This document shows positions 1-12,100 of a stretch of 64,000 nucleotides of DNA, in pieces. The stretch is from Phaeosaccion multiseriatum. Lineage: Eukaryota > Protista > Ochrophyta, other classes. The stretch's first letter is position 1, and each line of letters starts with the position of its first letter. The notes under the pieces are model-generated. The model was not told the origin of the DNA. It worked only from the letters and a program-made list of their open reading frames with translations, and did not search any database. Where the stretch lies: NCBI GenBank assembly GCA_965112735.1, contig OZ218961.1:2108001-2172000 (forward strand), written 5' to 3'. The translations under genes were made by a program, and so were the position numbers.

Positions 1-592
1 CCGAAGCAGTTGGTCATCCAACGACAGCGACTGGCCCTCTGCAGTGGCCCCTCCCCTCTCGGTGCTCATAGGCGCGTCTGACGGAGCCTCGGACTACGCC
101 AACAAGTTTGGAGAGCCCCTGGTTACGGGCTTTGCCAGGGCTGCCAGAGTGCAGGTGCGCGCGTGCACATCATGAGTTTCAGGGTGTCAGGAGTGTCAAT
201 GGGTGTCAGACAGTGGGTCGTTGGCTGGCAATCAGGACATAAGGGTGGGTCGGTGGAATGCCTGCCTGTGCTTCTGAAACTGTCAGTCAAAATTGCCCAT
301 TGCCCCCCCCCCCCCCATCAACTGCCATCCCCCCCCTCCCCTCACAGGTTGGCGACTCCCGTGTGGAGTGGGTGAAGCCCATCATGTTCAGCGCCGGCCT
401 GGGCAGCGTCAGGGACGAGCACATACACAAGGCCAAGCCCGCTAGGGGCATGATGTAAGTGGGTGGAGGCGGATGGGTATGCGCAAAGGCAGGCATATGG
501 GAAGGCATAAGAGTCTCTCTCTCTCATACAAACATACACAATACATACACATACGTTCTCTCTGTTTCTGTCCCGCTCACTGCCTCCCTCCC

Positions 593-635
<43 letters not shown>

Positions 636-2766
636 ATCACCAACTGCTATAGGGTTGTGAAGCTAGGAGGTGCGGCCTTTCGTATCGGTCTAGGGGGGGG
701 GGCAGCGAGCAGCAGAGCGAGGGGCAGGGGGGGAGGAGGAGGGGCCCTCTCAAAGAGGGAACTCCAGGAGCTTGACCTCAACGCTGTGCAGAGGGCGGAT
801 GCGGAGATGGGCAATAAGGTGGGTGACGGGAGGGGATGGCAGTGGATGGGGGGGGGGGGGGGGGATGGTAGTGGATGCAAAGATGGGCGATAAGGCGGGT
901 GAGGGGGAGGGGATGGCAGTAGATGGGATGGAGGAGGGCATGTCAGTGGATGTGGGACTGTTTATGTTGCAGCCGCCCCCATCCTCCTCCCTTCCCTGTA
1001 CTCTGTACTGACACACATACACACGTACATACGCACGCACGCACACACACGTACACACGCCCACGCACACGGCTGTGTTCTCACAAACGGCCCCACAGGT
1101 GGCTCGGGCGGTTCGGGCCTGCACCGAGTTGGGTCTGGAGAACCCAATTGTGTCCATTCACGATCAGGGAGCGGGGGGGAATGCAAACGTTATCATGGAG
1201 ATTGTTGGTGAGTGGGTGCTATGAGTGCTATGAGTGCTAGTGCATGGGTGCATTGTGAGTGCCAGTGCATGGGTACATTTGTGAGTGCCAGTGCTTGGAT
1301 ATCGTGAGTGCTAGTTCTTTGGGTACGTACAGCAGGCAGGCATACGGGTAAGCGATAAGGAGGCCCTCCACCCTACCCCACCACACCCCACCTGAGTGAG
1401 GGGTGTACTTTTGCACCCCTGAATGAGTGTGTGTGTGTGTGTGTGTGTGCGTGTGTGCCTGTCTTGTCTCTAACGTCTCCCTCCCTCCCCCAGCCCCTGC
1501 CGGAGCCGAGATCGACATCACCCTCTGCCCCCTCGGTGACAACACCCTAAGCGTTCTCGAGATTTGGAGCAGCGAATATCAGGAGAACCATGCTCTGCTT
1601 GTGTGGCCCCGAGGGATGGAGGTGAGGAGAGGGGTGAGAGTAGAGGCATATGGTTGGGGATAGGGGTGAGAGTAGAGGCATATGGTTGAGGAGAGGGGTG
1701 AGAGTAGAGGCATATGGTTGGGGATAGGGGTGAGAGTAGAGGCATATGGTTGAGGAGAGGGGTGAGAGTAGAGGCATATGGTTGGGGATCGGGGTGAGAG
1801 TAGAGGCATATGGTTGGGGATCGGGGTGAGAGTAGAGGCATATGGTTGGTGATAGGGGTGAGAGTAGAGGCATATGGTTGAGGAGAGGGGTGAGAGTAGA
1901 GGCATATGGTTGGGGAGAGGGGTGAGAGTAGAGGCATATGGTTGAGGAGAGGGGTGAGAGTAGAGGCATATGGTTGGGGATCGGGGTGAGAGTAGAGGCA
2001 TATGGTTGGGGATAGGGGTGAGAGTAGAGGCATGTGGGTGAGTGAGTACCTGGTGTCGGGGTAGTGGGTCAGTGAGGGGATGTGGAAGATAGGGATCGGG
2101 ATCGGCACCTGGTGTTAATCAAGTCAAGTCAGTCCGTCCGTTCGTGGCGAGTTAAAGTCTCACCCCTCCCTGTCGTGGAGACCCCGCGTATGTACCCACG
2201 CCACCGCTCTCCCTTCTACTGCCATCCACTCCCTTCCTCATACACGACCTCCTACTACCACCCACTGCCATGCCCTGTCATCCACTACCATCCCCTGCGA
2301 TTCCCTGTGATCCACTGCCATCCCTTGCCGTCCTACCCCCCAAATACACTTTAAAGGTGCTGGAGGCGATTTGCGCTCGGGAGGGCGTCCCTGTAACTGC
2401 CGTGGGGCACATCACAGGGGATGGAAGGCTTGTCGTCACCGACCGGAGAGCAGCCACAGTAGTTGGTGATACAGCAGCTGGTGATGCAGCAGCAGGTGGT
2501 GATACATCAGGCAGAACAACAGGCGTTCCAGTTGGTGATGCAGCAGGAAATGGAGCAGGAAGCAGAGCAGAGCAGGAGGGGAGGGAGGGGAGGGAGGAGG
2601 TTTTCCGCTTCGAGGAGGAGGAGCAGTTGCAGGAGGAGCAGTTGCAGGAGGAGCCCGGAAGCAGCCCCGCGGCGGTGGATCTTCCCCTCGACCTTGTGCT
2701 CGAGCGCGTGCCCCGGAGAGACTATCACCTCTCCTCCTCCTCCTCCTCCTCCTCCTCCTCCTCCTC

Positions 2767-2802
<36 letters not shown>

Positions 2803-3631
2803 TGCCTTGGGCGCGTTGCTGCAGCTCAAGGCTTCTGAGCTGAGTCGAGGGATGGCAGTGGAAGGGCTGTCTGAGCTGAGTGGGGGCATGGGTGTGGAGA
2901 GGCTGCTGAGGACGGTACTACGGCAAGTGTCCGTGGGGAGCAAAGAGTTCTTAACGACTAAGGTGGACCGCAGCGTAGGCGGGCTTGGTGAGTGGGGTGG
3001 GAGCAGAGGGAGGGGATGGCAGTGGACGGAGAGGGGGTGCGGAGAGGAGAGGAGGGGAGGGGAGGGGAGGTAGAGATGGGAGAGGAGAGAAGGGCTCGTG
3101 AGGGAGGGAGGGAGGGAGGGAGGGAAGGAGGGAGGGAGGCGTGGGGGTTGGGGGGGCGGGGGGCAAGGCAGTACTGCGTATGTCTTATGAAGTGACTGTC
3201 TCTCCCTCTGTCTCCCTCTCTCTCTCTTATCTCTCTCTCTATCCCTCGCTCTTTCTTGTGTGTCTTTCTCTGTCTTGTGTACGTATCGCTCTCCCTCTCT
3301 CCCTCTCTCCCTCCCTCCCCTCCCTCCCTATCTTTCTCTCACTCTGCTCACGCTTGTTGTTTCTCGTTTACCCCACAGTGGTGCAGCAGCCGTGCTGCGG
3401 GGTGTTGCAGCTGCCAGTGGCAGATGTAGGAGTTACGGCCATGTCACACTTAGGTACGCCCAACACACACGCACACACACACGCGCACAGAGAGAGAGAG
3501 GCACAGGCAGGCACAGGCACCGAACGGGGAGGAAATTGAGAAGAGGTGCCCATCCACTGCCATCTACCCAAAGTACCCGCCGAACCGCTCCCTCTTTCTC
3601 TAAGCCCCCCTCTTCACACCTGCACACACAC

Positions 3632-3697
<66 letters not shown>

Positions 3698-6627
3698 CCC
3701 ACCCCAGGTGTGGACGGCGCTGCCGTATCGGTCGGAGAGTGCCCCCTCCTGAGTCTCTCCAGTCCCTCTGCGATGGCACGTATGTCAGTGGGAGAAGCCC
3801 TCACCAACCTGGTGTGGGCTCCTTGGGGAGAGGAGGGCAGGCAGGGCATCAAGGCCAGTGCCAATTGGATGTGGCCGCCGCCGGATAGTGAAGAGGATGG
3901 CGGTAAGTGGGGGCAGATGGGGTGGGTGGGTGGGTGAGTGAGGGGGGTGTGGGTGGGTGTGTGGGTGGGTGGGTAGATGGGCAGGGGAGGGGATGATGGG
4001 AGGGAGGGAGGGAAGGGGGGAAGGAGTAGATGGACGAAGTGGAGGGAGTGGAAGAGTGAGTGGAGGGACGGAGGGAGTGAGTGTGTGTTTGCGTGTGTGT
4101 ATGTGTGTCCTTGTGTGTCCGTGTGTGTGTGTATGTGTGACAGGTGGTGTCGAGCACTGTCACGATCCGCTCCGGCCGATGCTGCCTCCGCTCATTCATC
4201 CCTCGCCCCAACATGTTGGTGATACAGTGATACAATCACCACCGTGCCACCCAAACCCAAAGCACAATCCAAGTTCAAACCCTAATTCCCAATCCCCTGC
4301 CCGGCTCTCATTTACCTCCCATATCGACATGGACATCGATATTGACATCGACATCTATACTCGACATCTATATCGACACCTATATTCGACACCCCGATAT
4401 TGCAGGGCGTGAGGGCGTGCGTCTGGTGGAGGCAGTAAACGCCATGTCTGACGTCATGGGAAAGCTCGGCATCGCCGCGGACGGAGGAAAGGACTCCCTC
4501 TCTATGGCCGTCCCCTGCCCACAGGGGGGAAAGGGCACCACCACACCCCAGGGGGGCGGCTCTACTGCGCCCAGGGGGGCTGCTACTGCTACGCTCAGGG
4601 GGGAGGAGGAGACAGAGGATGGGACTATGGAGAGCTGCACGGACGAGATGGTGGGTGCACCAGGTACGCTCGTGCTGACGGCTTACACCACTTGTCCGGG
4701 GTTGTTACGGGAGGGCGCCCCCGGTGTGGTGACTGCCGACCTCAAAGCCCCCTGGGGGGGGCGAAGGGAGAGGGTTGCGGATGGGGATGGCAGTGGATGG
4801 AGGTGGAGGGGTGGGAAGGGCCGTTTGTTGTTGCTGGACATGGGCAATACGCAGCGGAGAGTGGGAGGGTCGGCGCTGGAGCTGGCTGTGGGGATGGCAG
4901 TGGATGGCGAGGGGGAGGCGGAGGAGGGGCAAAGGAGGAGGGGGGGGGTAGGAGGAGGGGCGAAATGGGCCGCGTTGGGAGGAGAAGGAGGAGAGTTTCC
5001 GCCGCCGGATGTGGATGGAGAGGCCGGGGCCAACAGGCTGGCGACTACCTTGGACGCGACGCAACAACTGCTCAAGAAGGGGCTGGTACTGGCAGGACAT
5101 GACGTCAGCAGCGGCGGCCTCCTCGTTACACTTGTGGAGATGGCCATGGCGGGCGACTGCGGCATTGAGGTGAACGTGCCTCTGCCCCGTGCGCACAACC
5201 ACAACCAAAACACTGACTCCACCATCGTCACAAATGGTGGAGATTCTACAGATGGCGGCGATTCTACAGATGACGAGGGCATGAAGGAGCGTGAGGGGCT
5301 TGAGGCGATGTCTTTGGTCTCGCCGCTGGCAGCGTTATTTTCTGAGGAACTCTCTCTGGTGCTGGAGGTGGCTGAGGAACGTTCCGAGGAGGTGTTTGCA
5401 CTGCTCCGAGGGGCCGATGTGGCCTTCCATGACATAGGTAAGGCAGTGGAGAGGGGTTGATAGATGGCAGTGGATGGAGGGGTGGATGATGGCAGGGAAA
5501 GGGAGGGGGATGGATGGATGGATGGCAGTGGATGGAGGTGTGGATGGCAGTGGATGGAGCGGTGGATGGTAATGGTTGGAGGGGTTGAGATGGGGGGGTG
5601 GGGTGCGCTCTGACGCTTGCTTGCTTTACTAACTCGTCTCCCTCTCTAACCTACGCGACAGGCATGTCTACTCCCGAGCACAAGCGTGCCGAAGTGTGTG
5701 TGGAAGGGCACACACTTCTCTCCGAGAGCGTTTCTGAGTTGCGACGTCAATGGTCTGAAACGTCCCTGCGTTTGGACATGTTACAGACCACACCCGAGTG
5801 TACAGCGCAGGCTAGAGAGGCGCTGGAGGACCAACACGAGGAGGAGCAAGAGATGGCAATGGATGGGGGGGAGGAGGAAGGAGGAGGAGATGAGAGGAGC
5901 CGGTTGAGATGGTGAGTGAGTGAGTCAATGAGTGGGAGTAATGGATGGTGGATGGATGGATGGATGGCAGTGGATGGCAGTGGATGGATGGAGGGAAAGA
6001 GGCTTGCTTTCCTTCATTTTTCTTTTTGCCTTTTTCGCCGCTGAGTGAGGCTGCGGCGGCTATGGTCACGTCTGGTGCCATCTTTCTGTACGCCCACCCT
6101 CCACACACGCCCGCTCCCCCTTCCTTCCTTCCTTCCCCCTCACTCTACTACTACGGTCCCGCCCCTAAGCTCTCGCCCCCTCCCCACACCATGTCACCCC
6201 ATGCCTTCCTCGTCGCGTTCTCTTTCGCCTTGTCTCCCTCCAGGCACGTGCCCTTCGTTCCGAAACGCCAAAGCTCCGCCGATGATGCAGCAGTTGGTGA
6301 TACAGAGGCTGCCTCAGGCTCAGGCGCAGGCTCAAAGTCGCTCCATGGCGCTTCCTTGGATGCGCGAGGGGCCGAGAGCGAGGATCGCACAAAGAGCAGC
6401 GGGAGCAGCAGCACCACCAGCGGTAGCAGGAGCAGTAGTACGAGTAGAATAACAGGTGGCAGCAGTCTGCTTATCACCAACAGGCCTCGCGTGGCCATCG
6501 TGCGAGAGGAGGGCAGCAACGGAGACAAGGAGATGGCTGCAGCCTTCCACTTGGCGGGCTGTGAAACGTGGGACGTAACCACCACAGATCTGCTGGCAGG
6601 TGTGTGAGTGAGAGAGGGAGAGAGAGA

Positions 6628-6658
<31 letters not shown>

Positions 6659-8169
6659 TGCGTGTGTGCGTGCGTGCGGTATTACCACGAAAGCGGCTTT
6701 ACGTCCTTCGGTCTGTCTCTCTCTCTCGTCTCTGTCTGTTTGTCTCTCTCCTTCTCTTGCCCCTACGGCTCTTCGGTCTGTCTCTCTCTCTCTCGTCTCT
6801 GTCTGTTTGTCTCTCTCCTTCTCTTGCCCCTACGGCTCTTCGGTCTGTCTCTCTCTCTCGTCTCTGTCTGTTTGTCTCTCTCCTTCTCTTGCCCCTACGG
6901 CTCTTCGGTCTGTCTCTCTCTCTCTCGTCTCTGTCTGTTTGTCTCTCTCCTTCTCTTGCCCCTACGGCTCTTCGGTCTGTCTCTCTCTCTCGTCTCTGTC
7001 TGTTTGTCTCTCTCCTTCTCTTGCCCCTACGGCTCTTCGGTCTGTCTCTCTCTCTCGTCTCTGTCTGTTGGTTTCTCTCCTTCTCTTGCCTCTGTCTCTG
7101 TCCTCATCGTCCCTCCCAGGACGAACCGGGGCTATGCGACAGACACTCACGTCACCATGCGTGTACGTGTGTTTGTGCTTTGTGTATGCGTCATGCCATC
7201 CTCCTCCTCCTGCTCCTCTCCTCCCCCCCCCCTTCCCTCCCCAGGCGATGTGTCCCTATCTTCCTTCCAGGGCCTGGCCTTTGTGGGCGGCTTCTCTTAC
7301 TCCGACGTGTTGGGAGCGGGGAGGGGGTGGGCGGAGAGGCTACGATGTAACGAGAGAGCGGCAGGGGAGCTGAGGCGTTTCAAGGAGAGGTGAGGGATGG
7401 CAGTGGATGGGGACGGGGGGGAGGGGGGGGGGATGGCAGTGGACGGGGAGGAGGAGGAGGAGGAGGAGGAGGAGGAGGAGGAGGAGGAGGAGGAGGAGGA
7501 GGAGGAGGAGGAGGAGGAGGAGGAGGAGGAGGAGGAGGAGAAGAGGGATGGCAGTGGGTGGATGGGGAGGCCGTGAGTTGGGGTGTGCTCTTTTTTCCTT
7601 CCTTTGTTTGGGTGTCTCGTTCTTCGATCACGACTGATCCCAAGTGTGTCCATCTGTCTGCCCACGTCCCCACCCACCTGCCCAACTTGTGTATTACCAA
7701 CTGCTGCGCAGGACGGACACGTTCTCTCTCGGGGTGTGTAACGGGTGTCAGCTGATGGCTCTGCTGGGCTGGGTGGGTCCTGGCACGTCCACCAAACCAG
7801 CAGCAGCAGTAGCAGCAGCAGCAGCAGCTGGCGGCAGCTCCAATTCGCCTCCTGTATTACCAACGGCTACTCCTGCGGCCGCTGTGCTGCTGCCCAACAA
7901 GAGCGGGCGCTTCGAATCACGCTTTGTCAATGTGCGCATCAACAACAGCCCCGCCAAGCTCCTCCGAGGTACGTGCGTGCGTGTGTGTGTATGTGTGTGT
8001 GCGTGTGTGCGTGCGTGTGTGCGTGTATGTGTGTGAGTGTGTGCGTGTATGTGTGTGCGTGGGTGGGTATTTACCCCCGTCCCCCCCTTCCCCGCCCCTC
8101 TCTCTCTTCCTCCCTCCCTCCCTTCCCTCGCTTACTCCCTCCCTCCCCTCCCTCCCTCCCCCCTACACG

Positions 8170-8248
<79 letters not shown>

Positions 8249-8386
8249 CTATTCAGGCATGCAAGGCGCCGTCCTTGGCGTTTGGAGCGCGCACGCTGAG
8301 GGGCGCCTCATACTCCCCTCCTCCTCACCCACCACCGCCGCAGCCGCAGGGCAAGCACATCATACGGACAGTAGCAGCAGCAGCAC

Positions 8387-8420
<34 letters not shown>

Positions 8421-8795
8421 TTTCTCCGACCCGCCCCTATCGAGTACGTGGACGAACGGGGCCGTGCGACGTTGGCCTACCCCTTCAACCCCAACGGATC
8501 CCCGGGGGGCGCGGCCGCGGTGTGCTCCGACGACGGCCGTCACTTGGCGATGATGCCACACCCTGATCGCTGCTTCCTCAACTGGCAAATGCCCTGGGTG
8601 GATCCCGAGTGGGCTGACAGTAGCAGTCATATGGGCAGCACAATGGTGGAGCTGGAGGGCGGAGAGCGCGTGCGGGCGTCTCCTTGGATGCAATTGTTCT
8701 ACAACGCCGCCGACTTTTGCCGGGCATCATCCGCAGCAGTTGGTGATACTGGTGATGCGCCAGTGGGTGGTACGGTAGAGGGGGAGGGTTTCTGA
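1..8795 (+). CDS. PFAS: Phosphoribosylformylglycinamidine (FGAM) synthase, large single-chain type; 5' end outside window; about 14 GT-AG exons in window
   Basis: Spliced exons give diagnostic motifs: ASDGASDYANKFGEP (exon ending 154), EWVKPIMFSAG (348-454), KLGGAAFRIGLGGGAASS...AVQRADAEM, IHDQGAGGNAN, LEIWSSEYQE, SVGSKEFLTTKVDRSV, ANWMWP, DGGKDSLSM, AGHDVSSGGL, VAIVREEGSNGDKEMAAAF, FVGGFSYSDVLG, GVCNGCQL (catalytic Cys), NKSGRFESRF, YPFNPNGS, MMPHPDR; stop TGA 8793-8795. Confidence 0.97.
1622..2035 (+). repeat. Intronic minisatellite, 32-bp unit (GGGGTGAGAGTAGAGGCATATGGTTG-RGGA..), about 13 copies
   Basis: Tandem copies are directly visible and begin at the PFAS 5' splice site (1622). Confidence 0.95.
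6705..7090 (+). repeat. Intronic minisatellite, ~65-bp CT-rich unit, about 6 copies
   Basis: Unit CTTCGGTCTGTCTCTCTCTCTCGTCTCTGTCTGTTTGTCTCTCTCCTTCTCTTGCCCCTACGGCT is repeated in a PFAS intron. Confidence 0.93.
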
Positions 8796-9194
8796 CTGAG
8801 AAACGCCACACCTATCTAGAGCAACCTCTACACCCCTATAGAGAGTTCTGACTGCACTCCGCTACGCACGCAGCGGCAAAAGGAACTAGTGAATGAATCA
8901 CGTATGTGTGTTTGTGTGTGTGGTGTTGGCCCATCTCAATCACCACCTCTGTACTGATATATTTACTTCATTTAAAATGTATTTATATGAATGCAGGACC
9001 AAGGCGGGACCAAAAGTAGAACGAAGTGCCCCTCCATCTACAGGCCCTGATCCCGTGTCCTCATCCCCCAGTTCCGTGCGCTAGCCGTGTGTGTCAGCAT
9101 GTCAGCAAGCCCCCGCCAGCTAGGCACAAAGACACAAGGCACACAGCCCGAGGAGGATGGTAGTTCATGTCAGGTCACGTCAGTTCACGTCAGT

Positions 9195-12100
9195 TCACGC
9201 CCCCTGCCTTCGGGAGGGAGAAGCCTCGATGCCCCCAGCTGGTGAGGCAATGGCGTTGTCCTCCGTGGCGGCCTGGGTCTCAACACTGTTCAGAAAGTCG
9301 GCCGTGGTGGTGCCGGTCGAACACAGCTTGCGGGCGTGTGCGTGGAAATTGGGGGTGATACCCAACTCTCTCATCCCCTCCAATCGGGGTATGATGGTCT
9401 TGTCAATGCTGGGCACGAGTAACCGCTTGAGGAGCAGCCCCACTTGGCGGCGATTGGCGCCCTCCATGGAGAGCACCAACGCGGATACGTCCTTCATCTT
9501 CTGCAGGCTTGTGCTTGTGAGCCTCATCTTCCATGTTGGTGCGTCAAGGACCTCCTCCTCCCACTCTTGCTCTGTCAATCCGAACTCCTTCAGGAACCAG
9601 GCCTTTTTGGTCTCCAAGGCGGGGACGGTGGTGGTGGTGGTAGATGAGGAGGAGGAGTCTGTTGCTGTACCACCAACTGCTGCTGCTGCTGTATCCCCAT
9701 CTCCTCCTCCTCCTCCTCCTGCTGCTGCTGCTGCTGTTGTTGTACCATCAACTGCTGTATCACCATCTGCTCCTCCTCCTTCTGCTGCTGCTGCTGTTGT
9801 TGTACCACCAACTGCTGTATCACCATCTGCTCCTCCTCCTCCTTCTGCTGCTGCTGCTGCTGCTGTTGTTGCACCACCAACTGCTGTATCACCAACTGCT
9901 GTATCACCACTAACAAATCGGGAGGAGACGCTGTCGTGCAACGGCGTGCAGCACACCCTCGCATGCCGCTTGAAATTCGGTCGAATGCCCTGTGACTTGA
10001 GTCTCTCTATCTTCGGTTTCATGGAGCCCTCTACACTCACCCCGAGCATGTCGGGAAGCATCTGCCCCACCTCTCTCGCACCTGCATCTGCCAATTCGTC
10101 CATCACATACTGCACCAGCGCCTGCATCTGCTCGAGACTTGTCGTCCGAATCAGCTTCTCGTACTTGGGGGAGAGGAGCAGCCGCTGCCACTCTTCTTCC
10201 AACACGAGCAGACTCTCCAGGAACCAGGCGCGCTTCTTCTCCAGGGCTTCAAACGTCTCCGCAAGGGCCATGCCGACGTCCTTTGTTGCCTTTGTTTGCT
10301 GTATCACCAACTGCCTCCCAGTCGGGGGCTTCTTCTTGCTTCCCTCCTGCTGGATGGCCTGCTGCGCCGCCATCGCCTCGTTCTCCTCTAACATGGTCTT
10401 TGCCATGGCCTTGAGTACGCCAAGTGGGGTGGACTTGAGACACCGGTCCCACGTTTCGTTCTTGCAAATCTTGTTGAGTGAAACCGTCGTCACCTTCAAC
10501 TCGTCCTGGAACCAAGTTCGCTTCTCCTTCCACAGCAACTCGGGTCCGAGCGCTCTCATATCAAACGTCTCCTCACTACTCGCCTCACACAAGGCTTTTC
10601 CGTGCGCCTCCAGCGTCAGAGACAGTCCCTTGAAGCTCCGAAGCCGCGCTACCCGGGCCTTTGCGTCCACCATCCGTACTTCTGCCCCCACATACTCAGG
10701 AAGGGCAAGCGCCACCTCTGGTGCAGTGCAGTCATCGAGCTCCTCTGCCAGGAAGGTGGTCATGGCCCTCAGCCACTGCAAGCCCCTGTTGGTCACCCCT
10801 GCCTTCCCCTTGGGCGTGGCGACGAGAGCATCCCAGGCCTCGGGGTCGCCGCCGAGGTCTTCGACAAACCATCGCCTCTTGTCCTCCAGCAGCTCTTCTT
10901 CGGTCTTGGGCACCCCTTCCACAAGGAGCCTTTCAAAGTCTTCATCATCCACGGCTTTGCACACCTGCAGGGCATGGCCCTTGAACACAGGCTCCACCCC
11001 CAACTCCCAGAGACGCGCCAAGCGAGGCTTCACCACCTTGTTGAGGTCGGCCATGGGCAGCAGGCGAGGCAGCAACATGGCCACATCCTCCACCGTGGCA
11101 TCCGAGAAGGCCTCGAGCAGTACCGCTGTCAGCTCCTGCATGTGCTCCAAACTCGTTGCGCGGAGGGTAAGGTCATACTTCTGCTCGTCACGAAGGATCT
11201 TCCACTGGGACTGAGGCACGCCCAGCGTCTCTGTGAACCACACCTTCTTCGCCTCCATATTCTCTCCCATCTGCTGCAGCCAAAAGTCGAATTCGTCGTC
11301 GTTGGTTGGCCGTAGCACCATCCACCAATGTTTGCCAAAGTCTGGCTGCAGACCTGCGGCACGGAGCTTTTCGAGCTTCGGGAGAACATCCTCCTCCACC
11401 CTCAGAGTGCGACAGTTCAGCAACTCCAGCCCCACGGCTCGCACCGTCGCTCCCTCCATCTGCTCCAGGAGAACCGCTGCCAAGTTCTTCATGGCGAAGA
11501 GAGTGGCCTTGCGAAGCCTCGCCTTGGCCGAGAGCACGAGGAGAGTCCCGTCCCACTCTCGCTCCGTCACCTCCATCTCCTCCAGCAACCACTTCTTTTT
11601 GGCCTCCATCAAATCCCCCTCCGGACGCCGCGGAAGCCTCCATACCCAATTCTCAAACTTGGCGTCATTCTCTGTCTTGCACACCCGCCTGCCGTGCTTT
11701 TTGAAGGAGGGCATGTGGCCCAGCTCAAACATGCGGTTGAGGCGAAGGCGAATCTTGCCCTCCAGATTTCGACCGAGCAACGCGGGCAGTTTCAGTCCAA
11801 TGTCTCTTTCTGTAACGTCGTCCATCTCCATGAGAAGCTCCACAAGGCGCCGCACCTCCCCAATGTCGGCGTTTCGCAGACGCTTCTTCTTGCCCGGGGT
11901 ATCACAGAGGTATGTCCAATCCGCCTCCACCAAGCCGAGTTCGTCGATGAAGCAGTCACGTACTCTCATAAGAGAGACCCAATCTTCGAATTCATCATTG
12001 CCCGGGATGGTGCACAGCGGGTGTGCATACTTGGCGAACACCGCTTCCGTGCCCGTCTCCTTGATCCGAGCGATGCGGGGCCTCACTGTCACCTCTATAC

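Noticed and set aside
1518-7373. Repetitive ORFs (e.g. MPLLSPLS.., CLSLSFSC..) and other poly-CV/HT/PSL ORFs in the track
   Set aside because: They are translations of intronic mini- and microsatellites.
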